Source: a virus (taxonomy: Duplodnaviria > Caudoviricetes). Taken from it: a stretch of DNA of 53,734 bases. Shown here piece after piece: positions 48,209 to 53,734 of the stretch (the stretch's first letter is position 1; the number at the start of each line of letters is the position of its first letter). The notes under the pieces are model-generated. The model did not search any database. It was given only the letters and a program-made list of their open reading frames with translations, and was not told the origin of the DNA. The position numbers were made by a program, and so were the translations under genes. The stretch is from the IMG/VR virus record IMGVR_UViG_3300048131_000244, positions 1 to 53,734 of that record, one strand, 5' to 3'.

Positions 48209-49860
48209 AAAAATTACTTTATATATTAACTTTATTACCTTTAATAGCATTAGGGCAATCCTCATCTAATGGAATTGATGTTAGTTTGGAATTTAGAGGT
48301 ACTACAGAGGGTGAAAATGACTTAGCTAAGGTACAAGTTAATGACACTATTATTTTAGGAGTAAACTTGAATGATTTATCTGCTTACGATATTACTTTTA
48401 TCCATGCTGATATAGAATATAATAAAAATGCTTATACCCTATTAGACCCCGTATGGAAGATTAATGGAGCTAATAATAACCACTTCTTTTTTACTGATAC
48501 TAAATGGTCTCCTAACCCAAACTATGATGAAAATGATTTATGGGGCCAATGGAGTGGAGGAGGAGGTTCCTATAATGCAGTTAATGGTTGGGATGTAGGT
48601 CATTTTACTACTCAAGATTTAAGCTCATTTAGTGGCGATTATATTGAATTACATTTTATTGTTAAAAATACAGATGTATCTAATTATACTAAAGCTATTA
48701 ATATTACAATGGCTAAAATAGATGACAATAATCAAAATTATACCCATCCTGTTGGTTCAGTTAGAGCCCACCCAACTCAACAAATTTCAAATGTACCATT
48801 AGAAGACTTTGATAACAACGTTTATATTAAAGCAGAATTTAATAGTAATATAGATGCTACTAAAGTAAAAGTAGATATTAGTAAAGGAGAAGAATTAGAA
48901 TATGTTGGGAGTATTACTTTAGATTCTAATGGGGAAGCTAATGTAACTAATTACTTAAATAGTTCAACAGAAGATTATTATTTAAATTTCGTTTGGGATG
49001 GAACAGAAGAAGAATGGCAACAACTCAAAGATGAAGCCTTAACTATTTCAGATGCTGTATTAATCTTAAAAGAAACTGGTGGGTTTGACCATGGTAATAT
49101 GGGTAATGCTTACGAACATGGTATCCAATACCTAGCCACAGATTTTGATGCAAATGGATCAATCAATAGTCAAGATTCATTTGATTTATTAGCTCATGTT
49201 TTAGATGTAGCAGATGTATTTGTAAAATATATTGAAGATAAATTCAACTCAGGTGTTGCAGTTGTTCCATCTGCAGACTATGACGCAATAACTCCTAATA
49301 GTTGGGCAGAAAATGGTTTACCTGATGTAGGAGATGGAATTATAACAGTAGATTTATCTAATGGTGATATAATTTTACCATATAAATCAGCAATGTGGGG
49401 AGATGCTAACTTATCCCATGGAATTATCCCTTCTTCAGGTACAACCTCTCAATCTATGGCAATGATGAGAGTAAGATCTTATGGTCAATCAATGTTAGTA
49501 GAATCCAAAATTGATGCTGCTTATATTACTGAAATAAAAGGTGATGAAGTACATGTTACATTAGAACTTTTATCAAATGACACCTCAGCTTTACAAATTA
49601 AATTAGATTATGATGATACTAGATTAACATTTGAAGAAGCTAAATTTGATACAGGTAACACAACTACTAATTTTGGCAAATCAGATAATGGAAGAGTAAA
49701 TATGGGTAGTATAAATAGAAATGGTGAAACTATTCCTATCAACTCAACCATAAAAGCAATCTTTAAAGGAAATGTTAGCTCAGCTGCGGGGTTAATTTCT
49801 ATAGTAAGTACAGATGCTGCAAGTATAGCAGGAACAAGACAAACTTTAAACCTACAATAA
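48205..49860 (+). CDS. Secreted protein with cohesin-like domains flanking a dockerin/EF-hand-like module
   Basis: Signal peptide; ADIEYNKNAYTL and ALQIKLDYDDTRLTF cohesin-like strands; TISDAVLIL and DFDANGSINSQDSFDLL; GDANLS. Confidence 0.55.
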   Translation: MKKLLYILTLLPLIALGQSSSNGIDVSLEFRGTTEGENDLAKVQVNDTIILGVNLNDLSAYDITFIHADIEYNKNAYTLLDPVWKINGANNNHFFFTDTKWSPNPNYDENDLWGQWSGGGGSYNAVNGWDVGHFTTQDLSSFSGDYIELHFIVKNTDVSNYTKAINITMAKIDDNNQNYTHPVGSVRAHPTQQISNVPLEDFDNNVYIKAEFNSNIDATKVKVDISKGEELEYVGSITLDSNGEANVTNYLNSSTEDYYLNFVWDGTEEEWQQLKDEALTISDAVLILKETGGFDHGNMGNAYEHGIQYLATDFDANGSINSQDSFDLLAHVLDVADVFVKYIEDKFNSGVAVVPSADYDAITPNSWAENGLPDVGDGIITVDLSNGDIILPYKSAMWGDANLSHGIIPSSGTTSQSMAMMRVRSYGQSMLVESKIDAAYITEIKGDEVHVTLELLSNDTSALQIKLDYDDTRLTFEEAKFDTGNTTTNFGKSDNGRVNMGSINRNGETIPINSTIKAIFKGNVSSAAGLISIVSTDAASIAGTRQTLNLQ

Positions 49861-49861
49861 A

Positions 49862-50224
49862 ATGAAAAAATTATTATATTCTTTATTAGTATTACTTTTA
49901 ATGGCTTGTGCTCAAGATGATCAATTTATAGAAACACTTCCTATTGAAAATAAATTAGAGATAGCAGGATTAGAAGGATTAAAGTTCCAAAATAGCCAAA
50001 TCACAGATGGTTCATTATTTAACCTTAAAACTGAAACCTCAGGAAGATATATTTTAGAGATTAGAAACCATTTTAATGAATTAACCTCTAAATCTGTATT
50101 GAATATTCAAGCGGGTGATAATATAAAAGAATTTTATACTAAATCACTCAAAGATGGAGATTATACCCTTATCATTAGTAAAGATGGAAAAGAATTGTAT
50201 AACGTAAAGCAAATCATACAATAA
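49862..50224 (+). CDS. Lipoprotein with T9SS C-terminal sorting-domain-like fold
   Basis: Lipobox LMAC; LEIRN..., SLKDGDYTLII...K.I resembles the type A CTD pattern L..G.Y.L.I....K.I. Confidence 0.5.
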   Translation: MKKLLYSLLVLLLMACAQDDQFIETLPIENKLEIAGLEGLKFQNSQITDGSLFNLKTETSGRYILEIRNHFNELTSKSVLNIQAGDNIKEFYTKSLKDGDYTLIISKDGKELYNVKQIIQ

Positions 50225-50508
50225 TGGCAGATAAGAAAGGATTTTTTAGTGAGATCAAAAACCAAATCATAACTACTATAGGTGTAATTATTACAGCTGC
50301 TGGTGGATTAGTAGTAACTAATATGGAAGCATTATTTGGAATAGATGAAGAACCCCAACAAATAGAAACTGCTGCTGTAACAGCAGAATCTAAAATAGAT
50401 ACTTTAGTAATTGTTCAAAAAGAACAACCTAAAGTTATAGTGAAAAAAGTCGAAGTTAAACCTAAAAAAACAAAAACAGAAGAAAGAAAGGATAACTTTG
50501 ATTGGTAA
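50224..50508 (+). CDS. Small single-pass membrane protein
   Basis: Hydrophobic IITTIGVIITAAGGLVV; charged tail ending DW. Confidence 0.6.
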   Translation: MADKKGFFSEIKNQIITTIGVIITAAGGLVVTNMEALFGIDEEPQQIETAAVTAESKIDTLVIVQKEQPKVIVKKVEVKPKKTKTEERKDNFDW

Positions 50509-50598
50509 ATCGCAGTAATAAAAAAGACTCCTTTGCTGTAACAAAGAAGTCTTAGTTTTAAAAGAATTCAACCGTAACTTTAAACAACAACAAACATT

Positions 50599-50811
50599 AT
50601 GAAACTTATGAACCCTTTTATATTAATATATAACCAATGGATGGCTAAACCAAGCCACCTTGACAAAGCAGTTTCCCTTCTTTTTGGACTTTGGGCTGCT
50701 ACATTAATTACTTTAGCTGTTAGTGGAATTGCATTTCTCATTACCGATATGATAATGAATCCTTCTACAATAGACAACATATCTTGGGGCCTTATCGATA
50801 ACCTTGGTTAA
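50599..50811 (+). CDS. Small membrane protein
   Basis: Hydrophobic segment of about 28 aa; A-rich leader before the ATG. Confidence 0.5.
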   Translation: MKLMNPFILIYNQWMAKPSHLDKAVSLLFGLWAATLITLAVSGIAFLITDMIMNPSTIDNISWGLIDNLG

Positions 50812-51517
50812 AAAGCTAATAATTGCTTTATTAATTTGCAATTATACTTTTGCTCAAGTCATAGGTAAAACTAAAACTGAGGATTATCAAGCGGATTTTG
50901 AAAAAAGAGCCTCATTATATTCAATTCCAGAGTACTTTGGTGACCCAGTCCCTGTAGCTTTACTTAATGTCGGTATTACAGATGATATACTAACACAATA
51001 TCCTGAATTAGGAGATTATCGTGTTGGCTTAGGTTTAACAAACATAACTGTAGCGTTTCTAGACGAAACGTTTAGGTTTGAATTTGTTGAAACTAAAGAC
51101 GAGATCAAAGATAGAATGATCTTACAATTTAAAGCATCCCAAAAAGGATTTACAGCTAATCAAATAGAAGTTAGAGGAAAAATTACTCTAGCTAAGTATT
51201 TTTCTTATGTGGAAATTTATGATTTTTCTATATCAGAAGATGAAACTATAAATCTTAAAGATGGTGTTAAAAACACACTTGTAACCAGATTAGGATTACA
51301 AGTTAAAATGGTAGACGCAGAAACTGGACTTTATATGACAGGTTCAGGACTAGGTCAAGCAATAACCATTAGAGAAGTAACCTTACTTAACGATGAAAAC
51401 TTAACTGAAGTAGCATTTAATCAATCAAGTATTGGTATTGCAACTCGTAAAGCATTAGAGACTGCAGTCGCAAAAATCGTTAAAAGAATGATTAGAAAAC
51501 AAATTTTTGATCACTAA
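50804..51517 (+). CDS. CsgG-like (curli transport component fold) exported protein
   Basis: Signal peptide; GLTNI..FLDETFRFEFVE, LGLQVKMVDAETG..GSG and terminal ATRKALETAV pattern of CsgG/HfaB-like proteins. Confidence 0.6.
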   Translation: MVKKLIIALLICNYTFAQVIGKTKTEDYQADFEKRASLYSIPEYFGDPVPVALLNVGITDDILTQYPELGDYRVGLGLTNITVAFLDETFRFEFVETKDEIKDRMILQFKASQKGFTANQIEVRGKITLAKYFSYVEIYDFSISEDETINLKDGVKNTLVTRLGLQVKMVDAETGLYMTGSGLGQAITIREVTLLNDENLTEVAFNQSSIGIATRKALETAVAKIVKRMIRKQIFDH

Positions 51518-51522
51518 GGGTT

Positions 51523-53208
51523 ATGATACGGTTACTATTTTTCATAGTGATTATTGCGATGGGGATGGCAAGGGGCTACTCACAGTCCCTTGTCCAAACC
51601 TATACCGATAGATGTACAGGACAAACTTATGTTTTTTCTGTACCTATGAATGGTACTGCCGTAGTAGCTTTTTATAATAAATCTAGAACATTTACTGCCC
51701 AACAATTTACAAATGGTGAATTAGAAACATGGCTAGAAGAAACTTATACTTGGTGGCAAACACTCTCACCTTGTTCTACTAATACAGCTACATCTCAAAC
51801 AACTCAACAAACAACTAATAACGCAACATCTAGTGCCGCTAATGCCGCAGCTAATGCTACTAGTGGGGCAACTCAAACCACAGGTACTACTGGAACGACT
51901 GGTACTACCGGTACTACAAATACTAGTAGTACAAATACAAGTTCAACTAATACAAATACAAATGGTACATCTAGCGGAAATTCTACATCGTCAAACTCAT
52001 CCTCTACTCCAGATAATTCCTCTTCGAATACATCTAATGATTCATCGTCTTCATCTCCTGATAATACATCTTCAGATAGCACATCAGGGAGTGGAGATGA
52101 CCAATCTAGTAATTCGTCAAATGAGTCATCAAGTAACACAGATGGAGAAACTCAAACTGAGGGAGAAAATGGAAACAACGAGAGCAATGAAGGAAACGAT
52201 ACTTCATCGGATCAAGAGGAAAATAGTACAGATTCGGAAAATCAAGAATCAGAATCTGATGAGGTAGAAGAAACTACTGAAGAAGAAACTACTGAAGAAA
52301 GTAGTGAAGAAGAATCATCTGAAGAGGAATCTACCGAAGAAGAATCTACTGAGGAAGAAAAAGAAGAGGAGCAAGAGGAAGAAAGCGAAGAAGAATCCAA
52401 AGAAGAAGAGGAGGAAGAAAGTGATGAAGAACAAGATAAAAAAGAAGAAAAAAGAAAAAGACGAAACCCTATAAACATTTCAGCAAACTTACTTACTCAG
52501 TCTTCTTTAGATAGTAGCATATCTAATGCTGTAAGTTTTGGTTTATCCCAATCTTCACTTACAGGAACAACAACATATTCTGCTAATGCTATGGTATGGG
52601 ATAATCTTAATCAATTCAGCCTAAGTGTATCTCAATCTGACGTTTATTTTAATTACGATAGAGAAGAAAAACTTTATTTAAGAAACCCTGAAACAGGTAA
52701 TAGAGATTTATATTTTGGATCTTATTATACTAAAGGAAGTATAATGATGGTACAATCTATATCAGCTTCATTTATGTACATTTATGGGACTAAAGTAGCT
52801 TCATTTGGGTTAAGTAATGTGTATATGGGTCAAAAAGATAATGCTTGGAAAGGATTTGTAGGTGGTTATGCTTTATCTGGTACTATAATTAATATAAAAG
52901 ATGATATAATGATAATGCCATCAGGTGTTTTATTCGGTACTAAACCATTCCCTACTAAACGAGTAACCATATCCCCTATGGTAGCTCTAGCATTTAATCC
53001 AGTATCCTATACCTTTAGTACTAAAAAAGCTATGTTTAAAGGAGATGTTGAACTTAATAAAGATATAACATATATTTTAGGATCTAACTTTGATTTAAAT
53101 ATATCACAAAGGTTTAAATTTAACATAGGAGGAAACATAATAGGCACAACAACTCCAGGAATCCCACTAACTTGGTCTGCTACTATTGGATCTAAATTCC
53201 AGTTTTAA
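51523..53208 (+). CDS. Putative outer-membrane protein: small N-domain, S/T/N-rich and E-rich linker, C-terminal beta-barrel-like domain
   Basis: Signal peptide; two Cys in the N-domain; about 220 aa of low complexity; amphipathic strands ending ATIGSKFQF (BAM-type terminal Phe). Confidence 0.55.
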   Translation: MIRLLFFIVIIAMGMARGYSQSLVQTYTDRCTGQTYVFSVPMNGTAVVAFYNKSRTFTAQQFTNGELETWLEETYTWWQTLSPCSTNTATSQTTQQTTNNATSSAANAAANATSGATQTTGTTGTTGTTGTTNTSSTNTSSTNTNTNGTSSGNSTSSNSSSTPDNSSSNTSNDSSSSSPDNTSSDSTSGSGDDQSSNSSNESSSNTDGETQTEGENGNNESNEGNDTSSDQEENSTDSENQESESDEVEETTEEETTEESSEEESSEEESTEEESTEEEKEEEQEEESEEESKEEEEEESDEEQDKKEEKRKRRNPINISANLLTQSSLDSSISNAVSFGLSQSSLTGTTTYSANAMVWDNLNQFSLSVSQSDVYFNYDREEKLYLRNPETGNRDLYFGSYYTKGSIMMVQSISASFMYIYGTKVASFGLSNVYMGQKDNAWKGFVGGYALSGTIINIKDDIMIMPSGVLFGTKPFPTKRVTISPMVALAFNPVSYTFSTKKAMFKGDVELNKDITYILGSNFDLNISQRFKFNIGGNIIGTTTPGIPLTWSATIGSKFQF

Positions 53209-53247
53209 TATTTATAATAAAATATGTTTCACTTAAATTAGTTATTT

Positions 53248-53505
53248 ATGTTTAAATACTTAAATAGAAAATGGATGGCTTTTAGAGATATTTTTAAAGA
53301 TGAAAATGACATCAACGAAAAATCAGTAGTTGGGTTTATCGCTTTTGCAGTAATGGTATTATTTGCATTAGCTGATTTATTCTTAGGATTTTTTGGTGGA
53401 AAAGACTTAATAATTAATGAACATATATATGATTCCTTTGTAATAGTTACTTTAGGAGCATTTGGTATTGCCGAAGCTGGTAATATATTTGGAAAGAAAA
53501 AATAA
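53248..53505 (+). CDS. Putative holin (2 TM segments)
   Basis: Late motif at 53208; two hydrophobic helices; basic C-terminus; coupled to the amidase gene. Confidence 0.5.
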   Translation: MFKYLNRKWMAFRDIFKDENDINEKSVVGFIAFAVMVLFALADLFLGFFGGKDLIINEHIYDSFVIVTLGAFGIAEAGNIFGKKK

Positions 53506-53734
53506 TGGCAGTAATAGAACCAAAAGGCATAGTAATTCATTCTATGGGAGAATACCTCCAATGGGAGGGAGAATGGCTAACAGCTCATGATTTTTTAAAA
53601 GAATTAAGACTTTCAGTTCATGGGTTTATCCATCCTGATGGTACTTATGAAAAAATGGTATCCTCTCCAGGAAAAGCAGCTCATGCAGGTAAATCCGAAT
53701 GGGATGGTTTACAACACCTTAATTCTCATTATTT
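53505..53734 (+). CDS. N-acetylmuramoyl-L-alanine amidase (AmpD/Amidase_2-type) endolysin, truncated by the window end
   Basis: Hand-translated MAVIEPKGIVIHSM...SVHGFIHPDG...AAHAGKSEWDG..LN; IVIH, SxH and AxHAG motifs. Confidence 0.85.
   Translation, partial: MAVIEPKGIVIHSMGEYLQWEGEWLTAHDFLKELRLSVHGFIHPDGTYEKMVSSPGKAAHAGKSEWDGLQHLNSHY

Larger units (their letters stand above)
47654..50596 (+). repeat. Two pairs of 14-bp exact repeats: AACAACAACAAACA (47654-47667, 50583-50596) and TAAATCGCAGTAAT (47723-47736, 50506-50519)
   Basis: Read directly from the two non-coding stretches of the envelope cluster. Confidence 0.85.

Noticed and set aside
242-52267. Alternative-frame + strand ORFs (242, 1494, 15977, 19739, 39441, 42681, 51833)
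   Set aside because: They are nested in or largely overlap better-supported genes and show no recognisable motifs
47738-53208. A complete curli operon
   Set aside because: No CsgA/CsgB curlin repeats or recognisable CsgE/CsgF; only a CsgG-like fold is suggested
841-53561. All minus-strand ORFs in the track (e.g. 17025-17681, 18598-19032, 52242-52478)
   Set aside because: They are antisense shadows of well-supported + strand genes; their Ser/Phe richness mirrors GAA-rich sense codons
1-53734. Stop-codon reassignment, as in some Bacteroidota phages
   Set aside because: Core genes are full length and tightly coupled under the standard code
1-53734. CRISPR array, tRNA genes, introns/inteins, integrase, reverse transcriptase or DGR
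   Set aside because: No repeat-spacer periodicity, cloverleaf or such catalytic motifs seen by eye; terminase, helicase and RNR look uninterrupted. A tRNAscan/Infernal run would be needed to exclude RNA genes fully

Overview
This window is a gene-dense, AT-rich fragment of a large T4-like (Far-T4/RM378-style) myophage genome, with every supported gene on the + strand. The host is very probably a Bacteroidota bacterium: I saw no Shine-Dalgarno sites, seven YTTG-N20-TAnnTT promoter-like sites, and a T9SS-CTD-like protein. Gene order: (1) 1-7306, acidic proteins rich in (L/I/V/M)-x-E motifs that look like head-packaged, prohead-protease-processed proteins; (2) 7440-10149, an early operon with an FAD oxidoreductase, an HxGH nucleotidyltransferase and a P-loop kinase; (3) 10177-24532, a spanin-like pair, terminase, portal, head-core proteins, protease, scaffold, major capsid protein, PhoH and neck proteins; (4) 24566-26723, two glycosyltransferases; (5) 26757-38732, contractile tail and baseplate genes, with a probable programmed frameshift before the tape measure gene; (6) 38762-47589, replication genes (atypical family A polymerase, SSB, UvsX, 5'-3' exonuclease, helicase, class I RNR); (7) 47738-53208, a cluster of exported or membrane proteins (CsgG-like, cohesin/dockerin-like, T9SS-CTD-like lipoprotein, beta-barrel-like OMP); (8) a holin-like gene and a truncated amidase endolysin. 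The best candidates for undescribed biology are the envelope/surface-assembly cluster, the modular protease-cleavable capsid-cargo proteins, the +1/-2 tail-chaperone frameshift, and a late-promoter motif whose core is the reverse complement of the T4 late promoter. All family assignments come from reading motifs by eye; no database searches were run.
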